A stretch of DNA of 64,000 bases, from NCBI GenBank assembly GCA_964016885.1, contig OZ024740.1:394940001-395004000 (forward strand), given 5' to 3'. Source of the DNA: Eledone cirrhosa (Eukaryota). The translations under genes and the position numbers were made by a program. Positions 13,786 to 26,936 of the stretch are shown here, piece after piece; the first letter of the stretch is position 1; each line of letters opens with the position of its first letter. The notes beneath the pieces were generated by a model. It worked only from the letters and a program-made list of their open reading frames with translations, had not been told where the DNA came from and ran no database searches.

Positions 13786-13829
13786 ACCGTCCTGACGAAG
13801 GCCAGTTAAGCCTGAAATGCATAGACGGT
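13786..13829 (+). ncRNA. Minimal type I hammerhead ribozyme
   Basis: accgtc-CTGACGA-aggc(cagttaa)gcct-GAAA-tgca-TA-gacggt: perfect stems I and II, palindromic stem III (ATGCAT); predicted cleavage after 13823. Confidence 0.85.
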
Positions 13830-14039
13830 TGTCCCCCTTGTTTCTGCTGGACATCACCAGAGGGCCTTAGCACCCCGGTGTTTGCATAGCTATGGCTTCC
13901 TAAAACCGTATTTCTTTGGAGATACGACATATTTACATATTTATAATAATAAATATTTACAGTGTAACTATATTTTTTCCATTTCAGGTAGACGTGCTCC
14001 ATCATCCACTTTTCTAAAAAATAAATCATACACAAAACG

Positions 14040-14240
14040 CCAACAGTTTTGCAAGAGATGTCAACATGAATGGACTCCCGCCCGTCCCCTCAATCTATCT
14101 TATTTCTCATTCTTTCTTCTGATGAAAGACTAGCGTCCGAAATGGTAAGACCCTCTTCCAGCTATATCAAGCGTTAACCTAATATATCCCTTCCATATAC
14201 TGTACCGATTGTGTTGCTATTTCTGTTTACCTTTTACTTA
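14040..14240 (+). mobile_element. Penelope-type terminal fragment with decayed minimal HHR (14115-14150)
   Basis: tctt-CTGATGA-aagac(tagc)gtcc-GAAA-tggt-aaga; homologous to 40535-40760(-); ends in (TA)n. Confidence 0.65.
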
Positions 14241-14520
14241 TATATATATATATATATATATATAGTGACGAAACATAAGTCAATTGCATGAACTCATAAT
14301 CCTTTATTTACTGCTATATATATTTCAATGACAGCCATTGTTAGTCAGTTCTTAGATATGCCAGCTCTGTGTTTATGGTGTTGATGGTATCAGAGCCTAG
14401 GGGCATATGGTGGTGGTGGTTGTGGTGGTGGTGGTGATTGTTGTGATAGTGGGGATGGTGGTGGTGTTATATATATATATAAAAAATAATTAGGTCAATA
14501 TATATATATTAATAATTAGG

Positions 14521-14563
<43 letters not shown>

Positions 14564-14849
14564 ATTAGGTCAAATATGTAAACAAACCAACCTGCGTACA
14601 AACCAACCTGCGTACAAACCAACCTGCGTACTTCGTCGAGTGCTCCAATCTGCATACTGAGGTGTCGGTAAACAAGCAACATATACTCAAAATTTATATA
14701 TATATATATATACTTGTGCGTGTAGGAATCAAACCACATCGATTGGTGACGGTCGCTATTGAAAGCATGCAGCGCATTAGGCCTCGCAATCCGCCTGAAA
14801 AAAACCGTGGAGATGTACCAGACAAAGCTCACCCTGCGCCAAGCATATA

Positions 14850-15740
14850 TTTGTATGGCTAGAAATTCAAAGTCGTGGATACGTTTGTGTATCTAGGTAG
14901 TAGTGTAAATATGACCAATGCTCTGGATGATGAAATCTCCCTTCGAATGAAGAAAGCAAGTGATGTATTTGGAAAACTGGAAGGACGTCTTTATTGACGT
15001 ATTTCCATTAAGATAAAGTTGAAAGTGTATAATGTCTTATTTGCTGTATGCATGTGAGACCTGGGTCACTTACCGGAGATATCTCAAAAGATTGGATCAC
15101 TTTCAACAATAGAGTCTTCGGAATATACAGGGCAGCTACTGGATCATGTACGAGAGTGATACTGAACCCCTCGAACAGTCAGTCTACCAGTATAATCTCT
15201 TATTTCAGCATCGATTACGTTGGTGTAGTCATGTGGTGAGAATGGAAGATGATTGCATCCCTAAGTAGTTTCTGTACAGTCAGTTAGTAGAAGGTAAATG
15301 ACCAGCGAACAAACCAAAATTGAAGTACAAGGATTACATTTAAGGCACAATGGGGAAGATGAACATATTGGAGAATGGGTGGGAGAGCCTCGCTCTAGAT
15401 CACCTTTCCTGGAGACAGGCATGGTTATGTCTAAGTAAGGCAGGCTTTAGAAGTTAGCAAAAAAAGTCACATGCACAAGGACCCTGTAAACTATGCATTG
15501 TACGGCATTTCTGTTTGTAAGGAATGTGTAAAAGAATGCACCTAAGTTAGTGGACTGAAACTTCCTATGAAAGTGTACCAAAGTAGCACTGTAACGCCTA
15601 CTGCGGCGAGAGGCCACCATCGTTGCCTCGTCTGTGCAAAAGTGTTCGGCTCTCTAGCGAGACTTAAAAGCCACGGCTATACTGTTCATGCTTAAGAAGA
15701 GTGTCAAGCGATGACATTGCTCGAAATCGAGTTGTGGCCA
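14850..15740 (+). mobile_element. Decayed RTE-clade LINE, 3' part
   Basis: Broken reading frame with YLGS, EISLRMKKAS.FGKL, LLYACETW, RLRW.SHVVRMED..IPK..LY..L..GK motifs. Confidence 0.75.
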
Positions 15741-17326
15741 TCATGTATGTGCGTGTGAGATTTGGAGAATGTTGTACGAATATCGACAGATAGTTAAATA
15801 TGCAGTCAAAACGGCTCATAATACATACCTTTACAAAAGCATATTAGAATTGTCTTAAAAAAAAACATATGAGACACTGGAACACTGTAGAATACATATT
15901 ATTTTTCTTTAAATCCGAGACCAACAAAAACGACAAATTAAGAACACCATCAGAGAGAAGGGGGATGTGGAGAAGGTCAGAGTCCACGTTGACTATTCAA
16001 GAAATCTATCACAAAACACTGGGAAACACAGAACACGCAACTCAAGAGGGGAACTGACACTCAATGCGCTAAATTATACGTGGAATGGACTGAATATCTA
16101 ACGATATAAAATACAATGAGTAGGTATTTTCCCTGATGCAACAACCGAAAAATTTCTCATCGAAACCAATAGCTCTCCATCTTCTGTTTGGCTTCGTCCT
16201 TGAGATTTCATTTCGTTGGGGCCTACTTTACCTTTCACCCAACAAAGATGGATAAAATAGGTAGCAGAAGTGTAAGGTATCGATCCAGTTGACTATAGGC
16301 CTTCCTACCATAATTATTGGTTGTTTTGTTCTAATGTTATATACTAATATATTATTGTTTAGCTCCAATTAGACCTGTGGTGAATTGTGTTCCAATGATG
16401 ACCATCCTTTAGATGTATATCGAAGACTACATTGTCTAAAATGTCTTCTTTTATGATGATAGGATGTGATCTGAGGAAAATGTCTGCTGTTTTATTAGGT
16501 TTGAATAACCGTGTAAAGTCCCCTCATTTAGCTCTAGAAATCAATATTATTGTGAACGGTTACCTAAATATTACCTGATTTATCCCACAGTCACACACCT
16601 CCACCATCACCACCGCCTTTAAATCTAGTGTGGAAGGGTGTGTGCTTATGTAAGAAATCGATTTTACACTATATGATCTTTGAGACGCCAGTTAAATAGC
16701 GGCATTGGTTAATCTTTAGAATTACAGAAAAGTTTAGATTTAGTGCTTAGGTATTATTACCTATTGAGTTGGCAATATTGTCTAGAGAAACAGAATGAAC
16801 CTATTCGACACAAACTAATTAAATTTAACAAAAGGGAAATCGATATGTCAACTTCTTAGTCGGCTGGGGAAATTGCTAGAATAATTGGAGAAGGAAATAT
16901 ATTTGCTCTGGTGTTTATTTCCCGACCACGTCTATACACACATTTTGTACAGTTGTTATCTATAGAAACATATCCACTAAATATATAAAGCCCCCTGCGG
17001 CGTAGCTTCGCCGTCTTCTGTTGAACATTTTAAGAAGCAGTAACAAAAGAGCTATCTACCCAACCTACCTTTAATTTCTCTAACGATGGACGATTTTATT
17101 ATATTAATTGAGAAAACCCTTTCATTTGTATTTCTATTTTATTTTATTTATTACAGAGACCCGCTGCAACTAGCATACAATTTCCTGTTGAAATGTCCTC
17201 ACCTAAAATACTCCGGTCACTCTCATACTTTCCTAAATCTTCCCTACCACCATTTCTTCCACTTTCTCTATCCTCGTCTTCTTTCTCTATATATACATAC
17301 ACATGCGTGCACACACCACACATGCA

Positions 17327-17389
<63 letters not shown>

Positions 17390-19539
17390 AGAGAGAAGGG
17401 GGAGAAGAGAGAGAGAGAGGAGGGAGAGAGAGATTTGTGCGTGTGTACATACATTTGTTTATTTACAAGTGAAACAAAATCAGAGCACGCAACACGGTGT
17501 AGAGTTTATATATATTAGGAAACGTTCGGTGAATCACTCTATTGTCCGAAACTCAATATTCAGAGTTTCACACACGCAAGGTCAGCATGCAATCCTTCGA
17601 ACAATATGGCGAATGGGGCAATGTCCGCATGCACTAGGTTAGCCGATTCTGATTGGTTAACGCGTTATTTGCCAAGTTTGATTTGTTTCATTTTTACAGT
17701 TCACACCTTTCGTAGTTGACCTCCTATAAGGTTGACTCTTATGTGTGCGAGAGGCGCCAGTTCCATTATATATTTGTATATTTGCCATATGATATACAAA
17801 TAGCGAGGAAGTAATATGTTCTTGTTGTTTAGCCTTAGGTCAGTCCCGATTGAGCAGACATTGGATTAAAGACGTGTCGGCCGTGACCATCCCATCTTTT
17901 GTATATCTAGAAGAGCATTATCTAATGTTCATATTGTTTTTTCAGTTTGGCTGATATTCGTTACAAATAGTGCAACCTCTTTGATGCTCCATCCTGAGAT
18001 GAATGGGGAGGGGGGCTAAGGGCTAAGTGAAAGTAACCAAACAGGAAGCATCTCGTTAATGTAAAATCAAACAGGCACTTTTGATATTGTGCTTCTAACG
18101 ATTGAAGGATATTCTATGCGGTCGATCAACCAGGTAGAAATAGCAGTCAAATGTCTTTAAAAAATCCTGCCATACACAATTGGAGATGAGGTGGTCATGA
18201 TTGAAACAATTTTTATTGAATTGAATGGACCTCCGCCGATTTCGATAAGTTTTCTGGTTATTTCATCAACGGAATGTCATACTCGGAAAATAAACGCGCA
18301 GGTGATTGATCATTCAATGAAAAAGGTGTAAATAATGAAATGATTTGGAGGTTTTCAATGTGTGACAAGGCTGGCCCTTTGCATTGGAATTACAGTCCAA
18401 TCGACGAACTTCCTAACAGTTTACATCTATCCAATTTCGCTCACAAGGCTTAGGTCGACCGGAGGCTATAGTAAATAACACTTGACCGGGATGCTAAGCA
18501 GGGGTATCGAACTCGAGACCTCGTGATTACAAAGTGAAACCACGCGGCTTTGCATTTATAGGGTTAAACCTAGCTAAGCAAAAACAACAAGGTTGGAGGT
18601 GTATAGCTGCATGACTTAAAGAAAGGTGCTGATGATGATCATCATCATCATGATTTTATTGAGGCGTGGGAAGAGGAAGTGGAAGCATGGGGATTGGTCA
18701 AATATCTTCCTAATGTTCGTCTGTGTCATTTCAATGATGTAAATATTTCGTCATCTAAACTAAACGATTTTATGAACCGTTAAATGAAAATTGCCTAAGA
18801 ATGTCCATATGCAAGTTAGATTTGTCAGCCGTCTTAACAAACATCTGATACTCGCAAAGTATGCTGCTAAGGTGAAATATGTAAATTGGATTAGTAATAT
18901 CTTAATCCCACTTCTCTTTATTCCCCTTGATCAATCTATGTTAACATTTATACTGAAATAATATGGTCTCTGTTGCAGTTTGTTGTTGGTGTTGTTCATT
19001 GTGATGGTAAATACGATGACGACGCCAAAACCAACGACAAAGACGACGATGATGACAATGATGATGATGATGATGACGACACCGACAACAACGACGATGA
19101 TGATGATAGTCTTGATTAAAAAAATCTCTTTTCTTTATTGCACAGGCTTCGTCGACAGGAAAAAGTATTGACTGACTATGAATGAGCCTCTATGTGGTAA
19201 TTAGCAGCTAGAAATAGCAGCTAGACTGCTCGCATATGGAGGTGGTCCAGCATGGTTGCAGTACATGGGCCGGAACAAATAAAAGAGTAAAAGTATCGTG
19301 TTTGGTGTAATATATAGTAAGTTGAAAATCTTCGATCAACTAAAGTTATCCCAGCATCCCGTAGACAAAAGCTCCCTCCAGTCGCCTAAAAATGCTGGAC
19401 TATAATAACAATCCAGATTAAATTTGATCTGGCATTTAAAGTCAACAGGAAAACGCAACAGATATGTTCAGTCTAACTAGACACCGTCGATCAAATCATT
19501 TGACTAAGCGTGATCAATGTATATATCTATCTAGGGCGG

Positions 19540-19860
19540 GTAAAATTCCCGAGATCCATGGACGAGTTCTCTCCAGCGGTCTCTGTTCCTCATCATAGTT
19601 TCCATGTCCTGCGTCTCCAAGAGACCGGTGTCTGTCCGTAGGGCCTCAACATATGTCAACCTCGGTCTCCCTCTTCCAGTGTGTCCATGTAGGGGATCTC
19701 ACGGGAGCACTGAGTGCAGTGTCAACTCTGGATGTCGGTGAGCATGTCCAGCTAACCTCAGTCACCTCTGTGCTACTTTCGAGCTGACTTTTGGGAGGCT
19801 TCCGAACAGCTCTGAGTTCTTCATCCTCAGTGTATACTGATTAATGTTCAGAGCCCTGCT
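19540..19860 (-). mobile_element. Decayed RTE-like LINE 3' fragment
   Basis: Minus strand reads LRLAGH...HG.TGRGRPRLTYVEALRTDTGL...DMETMMRNRDRWR. Confidence 0.7.
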
Positions 19861-19891
19861 CATGGGTGCTACTCGAGAATGTACATATATG

Positions 19892-19931
<40 letters not shown>

Positions 19932-21429
19932 AGAGAGAGAGAGAGTGTGTGTGTGTGTGTGTTCGTGTGAGTGTTTGTGTGTATTTATATGTGTATAGTA
20001 CTAGAGAGAATGTAGTGATTCTAATTATGAATAGCATCACTACATCAGTAGAGCTACAATTTCCAATCAACAGAGATTACCCAAGTAATTAGTAGAGAAA
20101 AAACCTCTTGGTGTGATTAAAACCTAAAATCCTAAAATCAACAAGCAATAACTCCAATAAAATCTGTTGATCGAACATTTTCGCCAAAGTACATATAACA
20201 CTGAGAATAAGAATTTTGCAGTCGACATGCCGTCACGTGTCTGCCTTTCAGCTGACAAAAGACTTCTCATCTTATAAAAAAGGGATTCAATTAGAAATAC
20301 TTAACTGTTATTGTTGCTTTTTAGTTCCACGCCAATTCTGATTAAGTAAACGTATGACCAAAGCGGATCCAGCTCGTCCCCACATGTATTTCGAATTACA
20401 TTATATAATATGTCATTCTATTTTTAGATCGGTAAAATGTGTGTTCATGGAAATTTGACTGCTAATTCTATTAGCTTGGGCGACTTCGTAGAGACTCACT
20501 AACAGCATCATCACCCACACTGTCAACAATTACACCGTTTAGCCAATGAAAATTTCTATGCAGTTGCTTAACATGCTTGACATAGCTGTCAAATATCCTG
20601 AAAGGATATCTCCCAAGAGCAAAGAAGAAGAAAATTACCGTGGTCAGTGATTTTTAGACCAAAGGATTTGTATATCTTTACTTAATCTGTCTTGTGTATG
20701 TCCATATGTATTTCTGGCTATCAATAGGGTATCATCAATGTATAGGCCGAAGGGTACACAGGTTCTTTGCACTCTAAAATGGTCAAAAAGCGTCGATATG
20801 CGATAAATATAACATGTACATAAAATAAAATTGTAGCGCATATCCAAATAGATGTGTGTTTTGGTAGTTCGGGGAGAAAATATAATTATTGGAAGTGGGA
20901 AGGGGGGGGGGGGGGGGGGGGGCATGCCCCCCCCCCCCCCCCCCCAGTTATATTATCACCGGTACGGATGGGTAAAGGTTTTCTAGAGCCAACCAAACGA
21001 TATACGCCCGCTTGCTCAAACGAGCCTATGCTAACTTCGAAGGATCCACAATTCTTGACTGCACAGTACAAAATTCGTTCTTGGCCTCTGACCTATAACG
21101 TAACCAAACACTCACCTCACACCAGGAGCGCCAAATCCCTCACTCACCGGATAGACGCTATAACACCGACGCCCACAAAGTAATATAGATGTATAGATAG
21201 ATAGATACATACATACATACATATATATATTTATATATATGTATATATATAATACATATATATGTATATATATAATACATACATATATACATATATATAT
21301 GTAATACATATATATGTATATATATAATACATACATATATACATACATATATACATACATATATACATATATACATACATATATATATATAATATATATA
21401 TATAATATATATATATAATATATATATAT

Positions 21430-22099
21430 ATAATATCTAAACATAGGAATGACCCAGCAGATAGGCAAATCAGAGAGGCCAGTGAAATAGAAATTAGAAG
21501 ACCAAAGCTAAACAGAAAGAATGAGTGGAACAACAACAACACCCAAACAAACAACACTGACCTAAGAGAAGTATAAATAAGTAAATAAAATAAAATAAAA
21601 TAAGATAAATAAATACATACACAAGCACAATAACAACAAGCACATAAACACACACTAGTCACCCAGCAGACACAACACTATACACACTAGTCACACAGAA
21701 AACATGACACTATACACACACGCAAACGCATGCGCAAAGAAGACAAAATAAAATAAACAAACAAGCAAATAAATAAATAAATATATAAACAGACTGAATA
21801 AAAAATGGCGTAGACATACAACACAACAGGAGGAAAAAATATAACACCACTGACGATGTTGCTGATGTGCAACGAAAGATTTATGTAAATTATGTAAACT
21901 ATATATATGTGTTTGTGTCTATATTGTATCTGTATTATTTTTGACCGTCGGTCAGTCAATGGCAACATTGAGGACCGAGTAAGTTAGATCGCACATATAA
22001 AAGACAGCGAGAAGCGAAAACCAACCAAACAGTGAGTGTGTTCTATTATTAATTCTGGCAATATTACACAAATATGACCCTCCCCAAGTATAACAATAT
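21430..22099 (+). repeat. Upstream pseudo-LTR (ORF 3' end + UTR + first codons)
   Basis: Near-identical to 25592-26258 with scattered substitutions. Confidence 0.95.
21845..21885 (+). ncRNA. Atypical hammerhead-like motif in the Penelope pLTR (also 26002-26042, 29120-29160)
   Basis: CTGACGA-t-gttgc(6 nt)gcaac-GAAA-gatt-TA-tg; core and stem II conserved in three copies, but proximal stem I is only ~2 bp. Confidence 0.5.
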
Positions 22100-25000
22100 T
22101 TGTTTCGACACACGATTTCATATAAAAAACCTCGCTAAACTAATTCATCGCCGCTACGGCATTAGCTTGTGCCAAGCTGAAAGGTTATTGAAAGACACTG
22201 TTTTCTGTTATATAAAAACTACAATAACAACAGAACAAATCCGCTTCTTAAAACACTGTGTTTCCTCCAAAACATACACAACAAACATATCAAAACAAGT
22301 AAATAATTTATTATTGAACAAAACACAAGCCGAACGACTAAAACACACAATAACAGTTAATATGAAAAGAACAACATATACAAAAGTCAACGCACTCTAC
22401 AGACAGAAACGCATTAACGGTAAGGAAATCCGAAATCTCATCACAGCAAACGAGAGAGATAACTTCATGAGCGTCATCCGACGTGAAACGAAATATGCTC
22501 GAAACGAATGCAATAGGCATTTCAAGAAGAAATTAGAATGGATGAATAAGAAAAAACTACGAGAAAGGAAAACCGAATATTCTCAAAAATACCCAGATAA
22601 CATCGACAATATCCGTATGACTGATGTAAAACTACCGGAAGAATTTACCAATGACCACACAGTAAATATCTATGGGAACACTTTAATCAGTGAACAAGAA
22701 CAACAAATCCTACGGTTACCACCCAAATTTGCCATCTACAAAAAGATTAACCCTATGGAGTGCAAAACGGAGCTGGAAAAGTGTTTCACAAAAATACGTT
22801 GGAATGCAAAGGTAAACAACAACAACAACAATAATAACGGTAGTAGTAATATAAACAATAACTCTGGGTATAGAAATAACAGCCATAACAATAACAATGG
22901 CAGGAAAGTGAGAAATAGTGATAATGGTAATAATACTAGCGATAGACAGAACAACAACAACCACAATAATAATAATAATAGAAACATTAACCACAGACAC
23001 AGCAACAGCGACCACAGTAGTAATAACGGTAACAATACGAACAACAACAACAATAACCACAGTGGTAATAATGGAAATAGTACATGTAGCAACCACAGTG
23101 GTAATAATGGAAATAGTACATGTAGCAACATCAACAAAAACAAGAAACATAATAATAGTAACAACCACAATAGTAGAAATAACAGTAACAACAACAACAA
23201 TAACGGTGAAGTAAACAACAATACATCTAGCAATCATAACAATAATAATAATGCTAATGATAGAAACAACAACAACCACCCTGATAACAACAATAGCAAC
23301 ACACACAACTATGACGATAGATATAATGACAACCCCTTAGAGAAACTATTTTTCAACCCAGCTGACAAAACATATAAGATGGGTAATATCTATCCTACGA
23401 GGTTACCCTTTAATAAAAGAGTTTGCATACCACAGCAAATAGATGACGAGACAGAGGCACAGTTCACCATAGCTAGAAATAAGATTAGACAAGTAGTAGA
23501 CAGGTATACTAAGAGACAGAGCAGACCAGAGGCCCAACAACTTGGGAGGAAACCTGTAGAAGGCTTGGTTAGCCTCAAGCAGCGCACAAAGGATGGTGAG
23601 GTAGTGTGTCTACCCACAGATAAGTCTGGTAGGATGTCAATAGATAGCATGCCGAACTACATCGAGGCTATGCAACCCACATCACCAACACGAGCGAAGT
23701 TGCACAACAAACACACGATGGGAGAGAAAAAATCCTCAACGCTCACATGATGATGTGGACTGACATCCTAAGGCCAAGCAGACGCACTGCCAACAACTTC
23801 CAGGCGTCTAACAATGGCATACCACCCTTGTATGGGCTCCGCAAAGACCACAAGACAGTCGACGACCCGACAACAGGACCACCAACAAGACCCGTATGCG
23901 GAGCTAATATAGCTAGCAACTACAGGATCTCCTACTTCCTCTCAATGGTTATACGCCCCATAATCAAGATGTCCCCAGATGTATGTGAAAGTACAGAGGA
24001 CCTCCTCAGCAGAATCAGTGAGTGCAACAAAAACAGGAGCCTATCCAACTGCATAATAGGCAGCATGGATGTGGTGTCACTGTACCCATCCATTAACATT
24101 GATTTTGCTGTGAAAAGATGTGTGGAGATGATCATTGAGAGTGAGGTGGAGTTCTGCGACGTCGACACAGACGAACTGGGCCTCCTACTTAGACTTACCT
24201 ACGACACTGACTACCTAGACAGCCATGACCTTAGATGTTTCTGCCCTAGTAGACCTATAAGAGGTAGACCCCCCACCATAACCTCAATGGCAAAAAAGAC
24301 TCCCATGGGAAGGTGGATTGGGTGGACCAAAGCTATACGGACCCCCCAAAACAATGATCAGGTAAGAAAAATGGTCGCACATGCAATAGGGGCTAGTATC
24401 AAAACTACCCTAAAGGGCCACATATTTAAGTTCAATGAGAAAATCTACACCCAAAATGAGGGAGCAGCCATCGGCGTCAGCATAGCTGGTGATGTTGCCA
24501 ACCTTTTCATGGTATGGTGGGAAAGGAGACTTAAAGATCTCCTTAATGAAAGCTCCATAGACCTCATCATGTACTCTCGTTATGTAGACGATATCAATAT
24601 AGTTATAAGAACACCCCCACTAGAGAGCACTAACAAGTTTGATTTAGAACGTAGCACGATGGAAAGCATCCAGCAGATGGCTAATTCCATACACCAGAGT
24701 ATAACTGTAACTATCGACTTCCCCTCCAAACACCCTAACAATAGACTACCTGTATTAGACACAGAACTCTGGATTAACACTATAGACGAGAGAGCCCAAA
24801 TTCTCCACTCACACTATGCTAAACCCATGGCCTCCAAATACCTGATACTCAAAAACTCAGCAATGTCCAGTAGTGCTAAGTTTAATATTCTGATCGCAGA
24901 TTTGGTACGAGTGATGAAGAATGTGTCCAGCATGTGCGACCCAATAGAAATGGAAAGACACATCCAACACTTCATCAACCGCATGCAGTTCTCTGGCTAC

Positions 25001-25738
25001 AACCAAAGAGACAGAGTCAGAGTATACGAAGGAGCCATGGAAAAGTATAAGACCCTCATAGAACTGGACATGAAAGGAATTTGCCCATTATACAGGAGCA
25101 AATCATGGAATAGCTTAAATAGGGCTAGACATAATATAGGGAAGGCCACATCATGGTACGACAACCAGAGATATCAGAGTGTCATGTTTGTGGACGCCAC
25201 CCCTGGAGGGAAATTAGCTAACCAGTGTAGAAAGGCCCTGAGAAAGACCCACTTAAAAATAAAGGTGGTAGAAAAGCCAGGAACCACCATAAAATCCCTG
25301 ATCAGCAAAACCTACCCTTTTAAGAAAACCCACTGTACCAATAGGAAATGTATCATATGCAAGGTGAACCCCCGGATAAACTGTAAAACTAGAAACGTAG
25401 TCTATAGCATAAGATGTACAGAGGGTACTTGCAGAAACATGACAACAACATACATAGGCGAAACAGCTCATAGCATAGGTGAAAGGATAGACCAACACTG
25501 GGGGGAACTAAAAGGACGAAAAAACGGATCAGTACTATACGAACATGCTAGACAACAACATGACGGTAACATAGACAACATAGAAATTAGAATAATATCT
25601 AAACATAGGAATGACCCAGCAGATAGGCAAATCAGAGAGGCCAGTGAAATAAAAATTAGAAGACCAAAGCTAAACAGAAAGAATGAGTGGAACAACAACA
25701 ACACCCAAACAAACAACACTGACCTAAGAGAAGTATAA
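22074..25738 (+). pseudogene. Penelope polyprotein (~1220 aa: N-terminal domain, Asn-rich tract, RT, Cys-rich linker, GIY-YIG endonuclease) split by one frameshift near 23678
   Basis: TDKSG motif; PLYGLRKDHK, TRPVC, SMDVVSLYPSI, GAAIGVSIAG, RYVDD, LPVLD; CxxxxCxxC...NVVYSIRC...YIGET...REA...LN. One added base near 23678 joins the two track ORFs (MQP-H-ITNTSEV...ILNAHMMMW). Confidence 0.88.
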
Positions 25739-26258
25739 ATAAGTAAATAAAATAAAATAAGATAAATAAATACATACACAAGCACAATAACAACAAGCAC
25801 ATAAACACACACTAGTCACCCAGCAGACATAACATTATACACACTAGTCACACGGCAAACATGACACTATACACACACGCAAACGCATGCGCAAAGAAGA
25901 CAAAATAAAATAAACAAACAAGCAAATAAATAAATAAATATATAGACAGACTGAATAAAAAATGGCGTAGACATACAACACAACAGGAGGAAAAAATATA
26001 ACACCACTGACGATGTTGCAGATGTGCAACGAAAGATTTATGTAAATTATGTAAACTATATATATATGTGTTTGTGTCTATATTGTATCCGTATTATTTT
26101 TGACCGTCGGTCAGTCAATGGCAACATTGAGGACCGATTAAGTTAGATCGCAGATATAAAAGACAGCGAGAAGCGAAAACCAACCAAACAGTGAGTGTGT
26201 TCTGTTATTAATTCTGGCAATATTACACAAATATGACCCTCCCCAAGTATAACAATAT
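25592..26258 (+). repeat. Downstream pseudo-LTR ending in ATGACCCTCCCCAAGTATAACAATAT then (AT)n
   Basis: Direct repeat of 21430-22099. Confidence 0.95.
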
Positions 26259-26379
26259 ATATATATATATATATATAAAAGTTTACATATAAATATATAT
26301 ACATACATATACATATACATGTTTTGCAACTGGTCAATTTGTGGCTCAATGAAAAATTAATAAATTAAACAATCAGAGG

Positions 26380-26771
26380 TATATATCATAAAACATGTCT
26401 ATAGAATCACAAGATAAAATATATACTATTTCCTCCCCCAATTAACATAATTAACCATATAAAAAATCAAATAGACCAGGCTATAAGAATGAGGTATTTA
26501 AATGTATTCTATTTTCTCCTAGTTTATTTTACACCTAATTCTGTTTAGTTAACTATATCTGGACGATTTACGCTGTCGAAATATTCGATAAATATTCCGC
26601 TACGGCCGACGCGAAGCGCTAGTTTCGGTTATTTGTCGGACATTTCTGCATAGAAGCCTCATTCTTATAGCCTGGTCTATTCGATTTTTTATATGGTTAA
26701 TTATGCTAATTGGGAGAGGAAATAGTATATATTTTATCTTGTGATTCTATAGACATGTTTTATGATATATA
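26380..26771. repeat. Inverted repeat, ~115-bp arms, ~160-bp spacer
   Basis: 26380-26494 is the reverse complement of 26657-26771 with few mismatches; right arm ends in (TA)n. Confidence 0.9.
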
Positions 26772-26936
26772 TATATAGTATTAAGGATACTATTTATGGT
26801 TATGTATATACTAAAACCTTTTATAGTTATATATATTTTAAACTCTAAATAGTGAAAGACAGTAATTTATTACTACCTTATTACCAGTAAGATAAATAGT
26901 TCAATGTAACAACATCAGTAGTTCTACAGAGCAGTT

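Larger units (their letters stand above)
21430..26258 (+). mobile_element. Penelope-like retroelement (EN+), partial-tandem structure with pseudo-LTRs
   Basis: Direct repeats 21430-22099 and 25592-26258 flank an RT + GIY-YIG ORF; both ends embedded in (TA)n. Confidence 0.93.

Noticed and set aside
20901-20946. Poly-G-CATG-poly-C palindrome
   Set aside because: A common low-complexity motif in transposon ends; homopolymer lengths are unreliable
22716-23306. Hydrophobic antisense ORFs resembling membrane proteins
   Set aside because: Reverse complement of the Asn-codon tract
23747-23750. ATGA stop/start overlap suggesting a two-ORF coupled-translation Penelope
   Set aside because: The downstream frame is open and protein-like back to ~23678, so a single-base frameshift in one ORF is simpler
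26556-26590. atc-tggacga...gtc-GAAATATTC-gat in the inverted-repeat spacer
   Set aside because: Core and stem II do not fit; not counted as an HHR
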